64,000 bases of DNA from Klebsiella pneumoniae (GTDB lineage: Bacteria; Pseudomonadota; Gammaproteobacteria; Pseudomonadales; Azotimanducaceae), in the NCBI GenBank assembly GCA_945861675.1, contig CAMAVY010000002.1:1-64000 (forward strand), read 5' to 3'. Position 1 is the stretch's first letter; each line of letters opens with the position of its first letter. The notes below the pieces were generated by a model, which did not search any database, was not told where the DNA came from, and saw only the letters and a list, made by a program, of their open reading frames with translations. Position numbers and translations under genes: made by a program. Of this stretch, positions 18,967-29,253 are shown one piece after another.

Positions 18967-21900
18967 CCGCGTCGACATCGGATGCCGCAGCGCAACCGGA
19001 CGCCTCGTCCCCCGACAGCCCGGCGCAGCCTTATCTTCCGCCGCAACCCTATCTCCCGCCGCAGGCGCTAACACTACCGCCGGCCCTCGATGGCACCGCG
19101 CAGCGCGCGCTGGCACTGATAGGTGAACGCGCGACCGCCGAAGGCGAACACACGTTGAGTGTGTTCAACGCGGCCTGCAACAGTGCAGCGCTGCACGAGC
19201 GGTTGCTGTTCGTGCTTGCGGGTTCACCGTTCGCGGCGGATTGGGCACTGCGTGCGCAGAGCGCTGACTTCGAAGCATTCCTCAGCGGTGCATTCTCGCG
19301 GGTGCCGTCGCGCACCGAGTGGGCGCACGAGTTGCGCGGACTGCTTGATCCAATCCGTCTGGGTGATGATCCACAGGATCGCGAGCTGAAACACGAACTG
19401 CGTGTCTGGCGACTGCGCTGTCAGGTCGGCATCGTCTGGCGCGACTTGCTCGGAGAGAACGATCTCGAAGCCACTACCGCACAATTGTCGGACATGGCCG
19501 AGACCGCAATCGACGCAACTTTGCATTGCTGCTCAGCGCGGGAGACCGTCGTGCGCGGTTCGCCATCCGTCGATAGACAGGGATTGCCGCAGGCGCTTGT
19601 GGTGCTGGCCATGGGCAAGCTGGGTGCGCGCGAGCTCAATCTGTCGTCAGACGTCGATCTGATCTTTGCCTATCCATCCGCTGGCGAGACGACCGGCGGC
19701 ACTGCACGCGCCGTGACCAATCAAGCGTTCTTCCTGCGCGTCGCGCAGCGTCTGATTGCGGCGCTCGACGAATCGACCGGCGAAGGTTTCGTATTCCGCG
19801 TGGACATGCGATTGCGGCCGTTCGGTGCCAGCGGTGCACTGGTCAGCAGCTTCGATGCGCTGGAGGACTACTACCACGAGCAGGGTCGCGACTGGGAGCG
19901 TTACGCCTTGATCAAGGCGCGGCCGGTCACCGGCGATGTGGCATCGGGCGCAGTACTCATCGAACGCCTGCGACCGTTCGTGTTCCGGCGCTATCTCGAC
20001 TTCGGTGCCATCGAAGCGTTGCGCGAAATGAAGCAGCTCATCAACCGGGAACGCCTGACGCCTGCGTTTGTCGATGACGTGAAACTTGGCGCCGGCGGCA
20101 TCCGCGAAGTGGAGTTCACGGCGCAACTGTTCCAGTTGATTTTCGGTGGCCGTGACAGACGCCTGCAGGAGCGCCGGCTGCGTGTGGTGTTGCCGGTGTT
20201 GGCAGAAGAGCAGTGGCTGGGTAGCGCGGTGGTGCAAGGGCTCGATACGGCTTACGTGTTCCTGCGCCACGTCGAGCACCGCCTGCAGGCTGTTCGTGAT
20301 GCGCAGACGCAACGTTTGCCAACGGATGAATTCGAGCGCTTGCGCATTGCTACGGTGATGGGTTTTTCGGACTGGTCCGAGTTCATGCATGTGCTCGATG
20401 GGCACCGCCGCGTGGTGCAGACCGAGTTTGAACGGCTGATTGCGCGCGATGAGCCGCTTGCGCGCTTCGCGGCGTGCTGGCCGGAGGTGAGTTCGAGTGC
20501 CGAGACGCAGCTGCATGAACTGGGATTCGACGCTGAACGTGCGCTGCCCGCACTGCAGCGGCTCGCCGAAGCACGGTTGCGTCTGGCGCATCAGGATGAA
20601 GCGCGGCGACGCCTGGATCTGTTCGTGCCGAAGCTCATGGCCGCGGCGCTCGACGGCGCTGCATCCGACACCATTGCTGCTGGTGGGGCCGCCATTCCTA
20701 CTGGTGGCGCCGCTATTCCTACTGGTGGCGCCGCCACGCGCGCACTGCTGTCCGGATTGAACATTGCCGAAGCGGTGCTGCGCCGCAGCGCCTACCTTGC
20801 ATTGCTCAACGAGAACCCGGGCGCGCTTGAACAGCTCGTGCGGTTGTGTGCGGCAAGCGATGCGATTGCGAGCCGGCTGGCCGCGCGGCCCGCGTTGCTC
20901 GATGAGTTGCTCGACACACGCAGCCTGCTGACGATTCCTGACCGGGCGCAGATTGACGGCTGGCTACACGCGCAGCTTGCGCGCGTGCCGCCCGACGATC
21001 TCGAGCAACAGATGGACGCGCTGCGCAGCTTCAAGGAAGGCCACGTGCTGCGGGTTGCGGTGTGCGAAGTGTCTGGCGTGCTGCCACTGATGCAGGTATC
21101 GGACTCGCTTACGTGGTGCGCTGAGGCGGTGTTGGATGCCAGCCTCGATCTGGCGTGGCGGTTGACCGTTGCGCAGCACGGGCAACCGAGCGGTGGGCAC
21201 GACTTCCTGATCGTGGGCTACGGCAAGCTGGGCGGATTGGAGTTGGGACCAGGCTCGGATCTGGACCTGCTGTTTCTGCACGACACACCGATGACCGGCA
21301 GCACCGATGGCGAACGACCCATACCCAATCCGACGTTCTATGCGCGGCTGTCGCAGCGGTTGATGCACATCCTGACAACGTCAACACAACGCGGCGCGTT
21401 GTACGACATCGATACGCGGCTGCGACCGTCGGGCCGTGCCGGCATGATGGTGACGAGCCTGGCGGGTTTTGAAAGCTATCAGCGTGAAGAGGCTTGGACG
21501 TACGAGCATCAGGCGCTGGTGCGCGCGCGTCCGATCTGCGGGGCGCGCATGCTGGCGGAACGCTTTCAGGATGTACGGCGCCGGATACTTGCAGTGCCAC
21601 GCGATGCGGTGCAGCTGTGCGACGAGGTGCTCGCAATGCGCGAGCGCATGCAATCTGCGGCAGGCCAGCTGGGCCAGGAAACGGCCAGCGAGTTGAAGCG
21701 CGGTCGCGGCGGCATTGTGGATATCGAGTTCATCGTGCAGTACCTCGTGCTGGCACATGCGGCCGAGCATCCGGCGTTGATGCGTTACACCGATAACGTA
21801 CGCATTCTTGAATGTGTGGCGCAGGCGGGGCTGTTGAGTAACACCGATGCCAACGGGCTCACCGCGGCGTACCTTGCGCTGCGTGCTGCCGCACATGCGC

Positions 21901-22001
21901 ATGCGCTGGGCGCAGCTGTGCCCGGAAGTGCAAAACTGGAAGTATGGCGCGCCGATGTGCGTGCAATCTGGCAGAGCGTTTTCGGTGCGGCTACAAGCTA
22001 G
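18963..22001 (+). CDS. glnE: bifunctional glutamine synthetase adenylyltransferase / adenylyl-removing enzyme
   Basis: Two nucleotidyltransferase domains (MGKLGARELNLSSDVDLIF..., GYGKLGGLELGPGSDLDLLF...). Start uncertain: GTG at 18963 overlapping the yqiK stop (GTGA), or ATG at 18897. In-frame repeats PQPYLP x2 and GGAAIPT x3. Confidence 0.85.
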   Translation: MTASTSDAAAQPDASSPDSPAQPYLPPQPYLPPQALTLPPALDGTAQRALALIGERATAEGEHTLSVFNAACNSAALHERLLFVLAGSPFAADWALRAQSADFEAFLSGAFSRVPSRTEWAHELRGLLDPIRLGDDPQDRELKHELRVWRLRCQVGIVWRDLLGENDLEATTAQLSDMAETAIDATLHCCSARETVVRGSPSVDRQGLPQALVVLAMGKLGARELNLSSDVDLIFAYPSAGETTGGTARAVTNQAFFLRVAQRLIAALDESTGEGFVFRVDMRLRPFGASGALVSSFDALEDYYHEQGRDWERYALIKARPVTGDVASGAVLIERLRPFVFRRYLDFGAIEALREMKQLINRERLTPAFVDDVKLGAGGIREVEFTAQLFQLIFGGRDRRLQERRLRVVLPVLAEEQWLGSAVVQGLDTAYVFLRHVEHRLQAVRDAQTQRLPTDEFERLRIATVMGFSDWSEFMHVLDGHRRVVQTEFERLIARDEPLARFAACWPEVSSSAETQLHELGFDAERALPALQRLAEARLRLAHQDEARRRLDLFVPKLMAAALDGAASDTIAAGGAAIPTGGAAIPTGGAATRALLSGLNIAEAVLRRSAYLALLNENPGALEQLVRLCAASDAIASRLAARPALLDELLDTRSLLTIPDRAQIDGWLHAQLARVPPDDLEQQMDALRSFKEGHVLRVAVCEVSGVLPLMQVSDSLTWCAEAVLDASLDLAWRLTVAQHGQPSGGHDFLIVGYGKLGGLELGPGSDLDLLFLHDTPMTGSTDGERPIPNPTFYARLSQRLMHILTTSTQRGALYDIDTRLRPSGRAGMMVTSLAGFESYQREEAWTYEHQALVRARPICGARMLAERFQDVRRRILAVPRDAVQLCDEVLAMRERMQSAAGQLGQETASELKRGRGGIVDIEFIVQYLVLAHAAEHPALMRYTDNVRILECVAQAGLLSNTDANGLTAAYLALRAAAHAHALGAAVPGSAKLEVWRADVRAIWQSVFGAATS

Positions 22002-22029
22002 TGCGATCCAACGCAAGACCGATGACGCG

Positions 22030-23052
22030 ATGCGCACACTGCTGATCGCGCCCGCCTGGGTGGGCGACATGGTGATGGCCGAACCGCTGGTGCGGCTGCT
22101 GCATGCACAACAGCCGGCAGCCGAGATTCACGTGGCCGCACCTAGGTCCACGCGGCCGCTGGCACTGCGCATGCAGCATGTTGCGGCTACGCATGACTGG
22201 CCATTCGCGCACGGTGTGTTCGACCTTGCGCTGCGTTGGCGGCTGGCGCAGAGGCTGCGTGGTCTGCAGTTCGAGCGTGTGCTCGTGCTGCCGAACAGTT
22301 GGAAGTCCGCGCTGGTGCCGTTCCTCGCGGGCATCCCGAAGCGCGTCGGGTTTGTTGGCGAGGCGCGCTACGGGCTCCTGAATGATGCGCGGCAGTTGCG
22401 TGCCGCCGAATTGCCGATGATGGTGCAGCGCTTTCTTGCGCTCGGCCGGCCGGCCGATGCGCCGACGCCGAGTGCGGCGGTGCCACAACTGCAACCGGAT
22501 GCCGCGCAGTCCGCGCGCTTGCGCCAGGCCTGTGCGGGTGACGGCACGGCGCGCGTACTGGCGTTGTGCCCAGGCGCGGAGTTCGGTGCGTCCAAGCGCT
22601 GGCCCGGCGCGCACTTCGCTGACATTGCCAGCACATTCATTGCGCGCGGTTGGCAGGTATGGCTGTTCGGTGCCGAGAAGGATGTGCAGGTGGGTGCTGA
22701 GATCGCCGACAGCATTGCGCAGGCGCGGCGTCACAACCTGGTCAGTCTGATCGGACGCACGTCATTGCTGGATGCGATCGATCTGCTTGCATGCGCCGAT
22801 GCGGTGGTCAGCAACGACTCGGGCCTGATGCATGTAGCAGCCGCATTGGGCCGCCCGGTGGTGGGCGTGTTCGGTTCAACGTCGGAGCGCTTCACGCCAC
22901 CGCTGGGCGCGCACACGCGGTCGATCAGTATTCCGCTGCCGTGTCGACCGTGCTTCGAACGCACGTGTCGATTCGGCCATTACGACTGCCTGCAGAAGCT
23001 GGCCCCTGCAATCGTGCTGGCCAAGCTGGATCAGCTGCTGGAAGGCGCCTGA
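22030..23052 (+). CDS. waaF: ADP-heptose:LPS heptosyltransferase II
   Basis: GT9 family. MRTLLIAPAWVGDMVMAEPL N-terminus typical of WaaF. Stop overlaps the waaC start (TGATG). Confidence 0.8.
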   Translation: MRTLLIAPAWVGDMVMAEPLVRLLHAQQPAAEIHVAAPRSTRPLALRMQHVAATHDWPFAHGVFDLALRWRLAQRLRGLQFERVLVLPNSWKSALVPFLAGIPKRVGFVGEARYGLLNDARQLRAAELPMMVQRFLALGRPADAPTPSAAVPQLQPDAAQSARLRQACAGDGTARVLALCPGAEFGASKRWPGAHFADIASTFIARGWQVWLFGAEKDVQVGAEIADSIAQARRHNLVSLIGRTSLLDAIDLLACADAVVSNDSGLMHVAAALGRPVVGVFGSTSERFTPPLGAHTRSISIPLPCRPCFERTCRFGHYDCLQKLAPAIVLAKLDQLLEGA

Positions 23053-24092
23053 TGCCCAAAGTGCTGCTGGTCAAGATGTCTTCGCTGGGTGATGTGGTGC
23101 ATCTGCTGCCGGCGCTGACAGATGCGTGTGCAGCCATTCCAGACCTGCAGTTCGATTGGGTGGTTGAACGCAGCTTCGCACCCATCGCGGCCCTGCATCC
23201 CGCGGTGCGCCGTGTGCTGCCCATCGAGTTGCGTAAATGGCGGCACGCGCCGTTGCAGGCGCGCACTGCATTCGTTGCGTTTCTCGAAGCGTTGCAGTCT
23301 GAACGCTACGATCTGGTGCTGGATGCACAGGGGCTGATCAAGAGCGCGATTGTGAGCACGCTGGCGCATGGTCCTCGAACGGGCTTCAGCTTTGTGTCGG
23401 CGCGTGAACCGATTGCGAGTGCTGTGTACACGCGTCGTGTGCGCATCCCGCGTGACCTGCACGCGATTGAGCGGCTGCGGCAGTTGATGGCCTCGGCACT
23501 AGGCTATCCAATGCCAGGTGAGTCGGTGGACTTTGGCGTTACCGCGCGACCCGCGCGACCAACGCGGGCACCGGCACGCTATCTGTTGTTTCTGCACGGC
23601 ACCACCTGGTCGAGCAAGCAATGGCCCGCGCATTTCTGGCGGGCGCTGTGTCAACGCGCCACGGCGGCCGGTTGGTCGGTACGTCTGGCGTTCGCATCAG
23701 CCGACGAGCAGGCAAGGGCGCAACGAATAGCGCAGCACCTGGAACACGTGGACCTCTTGCCACCCACTGCACTGCTCGATCTGCTGCCATGGATTGCGCA
23801 TGCCGGCGGCGTGGTGTCGGTGGACACGGGGCTCGGGCACGTTGCGGCGGCATTCGCAGTCCCCACTGTCATGCTGTTTGGCCCCACCGATGCACAGCTC
23901 ACGGGCGGTCGCGGCGCACGCACCGTGAGTGTCTGCGCAGCGTTTGCCTGCGCACCTTGTCTGGATCGACGCTGCCGCTATGTGGGCCCGGCAGTGCCGG
24001 ACGACAACGGTATTGCTGTTGCACCGCCGTGCTTCGCATCGGTGCCACCGGAGCACGTGTGGTCGGCGCTCAACGAAGTCATGCAGCGATGA
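23052..24092 (+). CDS. waaC: ADP-heptose:LPS heptosyltransferase I
   Basis: GT9 family. MPKVLLVKMSSLGDVVHLLPAL N-terminus typical of WaaC. ATGA overlap with the next gene. Confidence 0.8.
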   Translation: MPKVLLVKMSSLGDVVHLLPALTDACAAIPDLQFDWVVERSFAPIAALHPAVRRVLPIELRKWRHAPLQARTAFVAFLEALQSERYDLVLDAQGLIKSAIVSTLAHGPRTGFSFVSAREPIASAVYTRRVRIPRDLHAIERLRQLMASALGYPMPGESVDFGVTARPARPTRAPARYLLFLHGTTWSSKQWPAHFWRALCQRATAAGWSVRLAFASADEQARAQRIAQHLEHVDLLPPTALLDLLPWIAHAGGVVSVDTGLGHVAAAFAVPTVMLFGPTDAQLTGGRGARTVSVCAAFACAPCLDRRCRYVGPAVPDDNGIAVAPPCFASVPPEHVWSALNEVMQR

Positions 24093-24892
24093 AGCAGCAT
24101 GTTCCTGCGTGCGACATGTTCCTGCGTGCCGATATAGCCGCTGCATGGCATGGCCAGGATCCGCTGGCGGCGGCATTCGCACTTACGGGTGACGTGCTGC
24201 GTGAGATGCCGGGGCGCCGCACGCTGCGTGTGCAGATCGCCGGGCGCACATACATCGCCAAGTTGCACAGCGGCGTCGGTTATCAGGAGATTGCCAAGAA
24301 CCTGCTGGTCGGTCGTGCAGCCGTGGTGGGCGCGGAGAATGAGTACACGGCGCTGCTGCGCTTGCAGTCCGCTGACGTACCCAGCATGCAGATCGCTGCA
24401 TTCGGCAGTGCTGACGGCGCGGCCGCGCGTCGACGCTCGTTCATTCTGCTGGACTACATCAAGCACGAGCAGACGCTTGAAGACGTTGCACGCACCTGGC
24501 GAACGCAGCCTCCGACAGCCGCGAGTCGACGCAAGCTTGTGCTGGCTGTCGCCCGGATCGCGCGGGCGATGCATGGCGCAGGCGTGAACCATAGAGATTT
24601 CTATCTGTGTCACTTCCTGTGCGCGGCTGAAGGTGAGCTGCGGCTGATCGACCTGCATCGCGCCGGCTGTGGCACGCAGGTCGCGCCGCGTTGGCGATTG
24701 AAGGATCTGGCTTCGCTGTACTTTTCGGCGATGGATGCCGGGCTGTCGGAACGCGATCGGTTGCGCTTCATGCGTTGCTATCTCGGTGGTCGGCTACCGC
24801 GCGGCAGCTCGGCCTGGGCAATGTGGCGCAAGGTCGAAGCGAAGGCTGCCTGGTTGTATCGCAAGGGGCAGAGGCTTGGCATCGTTGGCTGA
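24089..24892 (+). CDS. waaP: lipopolysaccharide core kinase (WaaP/Kdo-kinase, InaA family)
   Basis: ~267 aa. Kdo/WaaP kinase catalytic region (GVNHRDFYLCHFL...LIDLHRA). Position after waaC as in the P. aeruginosa core cluster. Orthology to WaaP versus WapP/WapQ not resolvable here. Confidence 0.65.
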   Translation: MKQHVPACDMFLRADIAAAWHGQDPLAAAFALTGDVLREMPGRRTLRVQIAGRTYIAKLHSGVGYQEIAKNLLVGRAAVVGAENEYTALLRLQSADVPSMQIAAFGSADGAAARRRSFILLDYIKHEQTLEDVARTWRTQPPTAASRRKLVLAVARIARAMHGAGVNHRDFYLCHFLCAAEGELRLIDLHRAGCGTQVAPRWRLKDLASLYFSAMDAGLSERDRLRFMRCYLGGRLPRGSSAWAMWRKVEAKAAWLYRKGQRLGIVG

Positions 24893-24911
24893 CGTTGGCG
24901 CGACAGCGCAG

Positions 24912-26378
24912 ATGCTTGACGCCCACGCGTTGCGTGCTTGCGGCAGAAATGTGCCACCGCATTTTCAGCTCGCGCTGCCCGCGGCGCTGTCCGTGTCGCT
25001 GGGCGAGCGCGTTGTTGGTCCACTGCAATGCGAGCAGATATTGCGTTGTCTGCCCGGCAGGCGATTGGTGTTTCTTGCCCGTTCGACCGATGGTCGGCGG
25101 CTGGTTGCCAAGTTGCATCTGCATCGTGCAGCGCGGGCCATGCAGGCGGAGCGCACCGGCCTCTCCTGCCTGCGGGATGCAGCGTTTGCAGTGCCGCAGC
25201 TGCTCGCGGAAGCGATGCTCGATGACGATGCGGGCCTGCAGCTGACCGAGTACATCGAGCATGCCGAGACGCTGGCAGCGTATTGGCCCCGTGCCACGGC
25301 GGCGCAGCGTGGGCAGTGTTTCGCGGTGCTGGCTGCAGGCTTTGCGCGCATGCACGGCGCGGGTGCGCATCATGCGGACCCGCACCTTGACAATTTTCTG
25401 CAGGCAGACCAGCTGTATGCGATCGATGGTGGCGCGGTGCGTTCCGGTACACGTGCGTTGACGCAAGTGCAGCGCCTGCGTGCGCTGGCCAATCTGCATG
25501 GGCAGTGCCCGCCGCAGGACGATCTGCTTCTAGATGCGACGCTTGCTGCGTACCATGCTGCTGGCGGCCCAATGCTGCACCGCGCAGCACTGCAGCGCGA
25601 GATCGACGGTGTGCGTGCAAAGCATGTACGCACGACACTGCGCAAGACGTTGCGCGACTGCTCCGAGTTCGCCGTGCAGCGCACGCACAGCACGTTCGTG
25701 GTGTGTCGACGTGAGGCACTTGCGTCGATGCAGCAGTTGATTGCGAATTCTGATGAGTGCATTGCAGAGGGTGAGCTGCTGAAGTCCGGCAACACCGCTA
25801 CCGTTGCACGGGTCATGGATCAAGCCTCCGTCAGCAGGATTGCCAAGCGCTACAACATGAAGAGCGTCTGGCATCGCATCACGCGGCTGTTCCGTCGCAC
25901 GCGCGCTGAGCGCACATGGCTGGCAGCGCATCGGCTGGACTTGCTGGGCCTGCGCACTGCACAGCCCATTGCGATGCGGCTGGAGTTGATCGGGCCGCTG
26001 CGAGCGCGAGCGCATCTATGGATGGAAGATATTCATGGCTCGACCTTGGCCGCGCAGCTTCAGGCGGGCGCCGGCCACGACAGCGCGCTGTGTGAACGCG
26101 TTGTGCAGGTGATTGCGCGTCTGCATGCGGCGGGGCTGGTGCATGGTGATCTGAAGGCCAGCAACATCCTGATCACTGAGTCCGAGGTGGTGCTCATCGA
26201 CCTCGATGCACTTGTGGCACTGCCGGCGGGCGTGCGGCGGGATCGGCGCCAGGATCGCGAGCGGACGCGCTTTCTGGAGAATCTTGCGCCGGGCGTGCAG
26301 CGCGACGCATGGCGTGCAGCGTTGCTCGACGCGTGTGCCGCGGCGCAATCGCCGCAATGCATGGAACACGTGCAGTGA
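24912..26378 (+). CDS. tandem (two-domain) lipopolysaccharide kinase-like protein
   Basis: First half has HGAGAHHADPHLDNFL, second half has LHAAGLVHGDLKASNILIT...VLIDLDAL. Both are Kdo/WaaP-kinase catalytic-loop patterns in one uninterrupted ORF. The track start at 24735 overlaps the previous gene, so the ATG at 24912 was chosen. Confidence 0.6.
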   Translation: MLDAHALRACGRNVPPHFQLALPAALSVSLGERVVGPLQCEQILRCLPGRRLVFLARSTDGRRLVAKLHLHRAARAMQAERTGLSCLRDAAFAVPQLLAEAMLDDDAGLQLTEYIEHAETLAAYWPRATAAQRGQCFAVLAAGFARMHGAGAHHADPHLDNFLQADQLYAIDGGAVRSGTRALTQVQRLRALANLHGQCPPQDDLLLDATLAAYHAAGGPMLHRAALQREIDGVRAKHVRTTLRKTLRDCSEFAVQRTHSTFVVCRREALASMQQLIANSDECIAEGELLKSGNTATVARVMDQASVSRIAKRYNMKSVWHRITRLFRRTRAERTWLAAHRLDLLGLRTAQPIAMRLELIGPLRARAHLWMEDIHGSTLAAQLQAGAGHDSALCERVVQVIARLHAAGLVHGDLKASNILITESEVVLIDLDALVALPAGVRRDRRQDRERTRFLENLAPGVQRDAWRAALLDACAAAQSPQCMEHVQ

Positions 26379-26409
26379 ACGCACGTGTCGCGAACAAGCT
26401 GTTGAGGCG

Positions 26410-28164
26410 ATGCGCGTGAGCATCATTCTGGGATTGTCCGGGGCACTTGGCCACGATGCTTCGGCGGCATTGCTGGTCGATGGCGTCACCATCGCGGCAG
26501 CCGAGGAAGAGCGCTTCACGCGTGACAAGCACGCAAAGGGGATGCTGCCGCTAGCCGCGGCGCGGTTCTGTCTGGAACACGCAGGTCTTCGCGGGCAGGA
26601 CGTGCAGTGCGTTGCGTTTCCCTATGCCGCCGTGTCGCTGCGTGAAGCCGCGCGTTGGCGTTATGCCTTGCGGCACTGGTACGCGCCGGACCGGGCGCTG
26701 GATGCGTTGTTCAATGGCAATCGCCGCTTCCGTCGCTTGCGTGCGCGTGTACGCAACCTGTGCACGGAGCTTGGCATCGACTGGACGCGGGTGCGTTTCG
26801 AGGCTGTGCCGCATCACCTTGCACATGCATCAAGTGCTTATCACCTGAGCGGTTACGCGGGACAAACGGCAATTCTCTGTGTGGATGGAAAAGGTGAGTA
26901 CGCAACGACCTGGTTCGGCTGGGGCGACGCGGGCCAGATGCACTGCATCCGGCAGTTCTACGATCCGGACTCACTGGCGGGTGTGTACGGCGCCATCACC
27001 CAGTACCTGGGTTTCGAGATGCTCGATGGTGAGTACAAGGTGATGGGCATGGCGCCCTATGGCGATGCGGGACGTTTCGACTTCTCACGTCTGATGCAGG
27101 TGCACGATGGCGCGCTGCACGTAGACACCAGGCTGGTGAACACGGTGGGCGTGCGCCGTTACAAGGAGAACGGCGTGGGCTTCTATTTCTCGCCTGCATT
27201 GGTGCGCTGGCTGGGCCATCGGCGACAGGGCGATGCCGCAGATGAACCCTACATCCACTACGCAGCGGCGATGCAGAAGCTGTACGAGGATCGCTGCCTT
27301 GCGTTGATCGAGCACCACTTGCGGCCAGTGCTCAAAGCCGGCAATGGCAAGCTGGTGTTTGCCGGCGGTGGTGCGCTGAATGTGAAGCTGAATCAGCGCA
27401 TTGTGCAGCTGCCCTATGTTCGCGAGCTCTTTGTGCAGCCTGCGGCCGGTGATGCCGGTACGGCGCTGGGCGCCGCGACATACGTTGCGGCGCGCGCGGG
27501 CACGCAGGTGCAACCGATGCAGCACGTCTATCTCGGCCCCACATACAGCCGCGCGGCGTGCGAACAGGCGCTGGCGCAGCGTGCGGAGACGGTGCACTGG
27601 CGGACGATGCAAGACCCGGCGGCGCGCGTTGCCGATCTGCTGGTGAAGGGGCATCCGGTTGCCTGGTTTCAGGGGCGTATGGAGTTCGGGCCGCGTGCAT
27701 TGGGTGGGCGCAGCATTCTTGGTTGCCCCAGCGTGCGCGGCGTGGCCGACACCATCAACGCGCAGATCAAATTTCGCGAACGCTGGCGACCCTTCTGTCC
27801 CAGCATGCTGGCGTCGGCAGCGCAGGAGATGGTCGGCGGAACACAACCTGCGCCCTACATGACGATTACGTTTGCGTTGGCGCCGGTGTGGCGGCGGCGT
27901 TTGCCTGAGGTCGTGCACGAAGATGGCACCGCGCGCATTCAGGTTGTCGATGCCGCAACGAACCCGCGTTATCACCAGCTGCTGTGTGAGCTGGAGCAGC
28001 GTACCGGCTATGGCGTGGTGTTGAACACGTCGCTCAATCGGCGTGGCGAACCGATGGTGTGTTCACCGGCGGATGCACTGAACATGTTCTTCGCTTCTGA
28101 TCTGCAGTTCCTGGCACTGGAAGATCTGCTGGTGACCAAGACTGCGCACGATCTGGATGCGTGA
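26410..28164 (+). CDS. carbamoyltransferase (NodU/CmcH family), likely LPS-core O-carbamoyltransferase
   Basis: Kae1/YgjD-like N-terminal domain (GLSGALGHDASAALLVDG...HHLAHA) plus C-terminal carbamoyltransferase domain. Same position as PA5005 in the P. aeruginosa core cluster. Confidence 0.75.
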   Translation: MRVSIILGLSGALGHDASAALLVDGVTIAAAEEERFTRDKHAKGMLPLAAARFCLEHAGLRGQDVQCVAFPYAAVSLREAARWRYALRHWYAPDRALDALFNGNRRFRRLRARVRNLCTELGIDWTRVRFEAVPHHLAHASSAYHLSGYAGQTAILCVDGKGEYATTWFGWGDAGQMHCIRQFYDPDSLAGVYGAITQYLGFEMLDGEYKVMGMAPYGDAGRFDFSRLMQVHDGALHVDTRLVNTVGVRRYKENGVGFYFSPALVRWLGHRRQGDAADEPYIHYAAAMQKLYEDRCLALIEHHLRPVLKAGNGKLVFAGGGALNVKLNQRIVQLPYVRELFVQPAAGDAGTALGAATYVAARAGTQVQPMQHVYLGPTYSRAACEQALAQRAETVHWRTMQDPAARVADLLVKGHPVAWFQGRMEFGPRALGGRSILGCPSVRGVADTINAQIKFRERWRPFCPSMLASAAQEMVGGTQPAPYMTITFALAPVWRRRLPEVVHEDGTARIQVVDAATNPRYHQLLCELEQRTGYGVVLNTSLNRRGEPMVCSPADALNMFFASDLQFLALEDLLVTKTAHDLDA

Positions 28165-28189
28165 GGCGCGCGTCTCGGACGCTGACGAC

Positions 28190-29089
28190 TCAGTAGGGTC
28201 GAGCCTCGCCCACCGGTCGTGTCTTGAAGCGCCGATGCAACCACAGGTATTGCTCGGGCGCGACGCGGATCTGTGACTCGATCATTGCGTTGACCAGGCT
28301 CGCGTCATGCACGGCATCGCCGGTTGGAAACGCCGCCGGCAACGGCTGGATGTGCAGTTCCCAGCGCCAGGGCGATTCACTGCGGAAATGACTGAAGAAC
28401 AGCACGCGCGCATTGCCTGCTGTGGCGAATCGCGCAGCGGCAGTGAGGCTGGCGGCTGGCACGCCGAAGAACGGTGCAAAGACAGAGTGCTTGCGGCCGA
28501 AGTCCTGATCGACGGCGTACCACAGCACGTGGCCGTCGCGCAGGCGGCGCAGTGCCGTGCGAACATCGCCACGTTCCAACACGCCGCCATACAGCCGCGC
28601 CCGGCCGCGGCGCATCAACGCTTCAATTGCCGGGTTCTTGTTGTAGCGGTACATCACGTCCAGGCTCAGCTGCTCGGCGAGCAGCGCGCCGGCGATGTCG
28701 AGCGTCGAGAAGTGCGCGCCCAGCAACAGCACACCGTGGCCGGCGGCTTGCGCTTCGGCGATCAGCTCGAGCCCGTTGATCCGGGCGCGTGCGCGAAGTT
28801 GCTTGACGGGCCCAAGCCAGGCCATGGCAGTTTCGATCAGAGCGATGCCGGTGGAGCGAAACACGCGCTTACGCAGTGCGTGTCGCTGCTGCTCGTCAAG
28901 CTCAGGAAAACAGAGCCGCAGATTGACGTCGGTAATGTGCGCGCGCCGCTGCGCAAGCCGGTGACCCAGCCAGCCGACACAGATGCCGATGCGCATCAGC
29001 ACCGGCAACGGCAGGCGCACCACACACCAGGCGATGCCGACCAGCAGCCAGATTGGCAGTGCGCTCGGATTGAAGCGGGACCAGGACAT
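28190..29089 (-). CDS. lpxL: lipid A biosynthesis lauroyl/myristoyl acyltransferase (LpxL/LpxM/HtrB family)
   Basis: N-terminal TM helix, HtrB-family length (299 aa) and conserved segments. Divergent from hldE. Confidence 0.75.
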   Translation of the reverse strand: MSWSRFNPSALPIWLLVGIAWCVVRLPLPVLMRIGICVGWLGHRLAQRRAHITDVNLRLCFPELDEQQRHALRKRVFRSTGIALIETAMAWLGPVKQLRARARINGLELIAEAQAAGHGVLLLGAHFSTLDIAGALLAEQLSLDVMYRYNKNPAIEALMRRGRARLYGGVLERGDVRTALRRLRDGHVLWYAVDQDFGRKHSVFAPFFGVPAASLTAAARFATAGNARVLFFSHFRSESPWRWELHIQPLPAAFPTGDAVHDASLVNAMIESQIRVAPEQYLWLHRRFKTRPVGEARPY

Positions 29090-29253
29090 GTGCGACGCAG
29101 TGATGGGCTCGTGCGCACTTTCAACGTCTGTGGCCCGGTGCGCAATGTGCAGCGCCCTTGTAGAGGCGGTGTACTCAAGCGAGCCCGATTGCGCAGGTCA
29201 TGGCGCATGACCTTGCTGCTAGCATCGCGCCATGTTCAACGTAGCGGCCCCGC

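Noticed and set aside
19647-20591. 314-aa ORF antisense to glnE
   Set aside because: Within a strongly supported glnE CDS. Arg/His-rich composition typical of antisense GC-rich frames.
27085-27975. 296-aa ORF antisense to the carbamoyltransferase gene
   Set aside because: Antisense artefact. The sense strand has clear Kae1/NodU homology.
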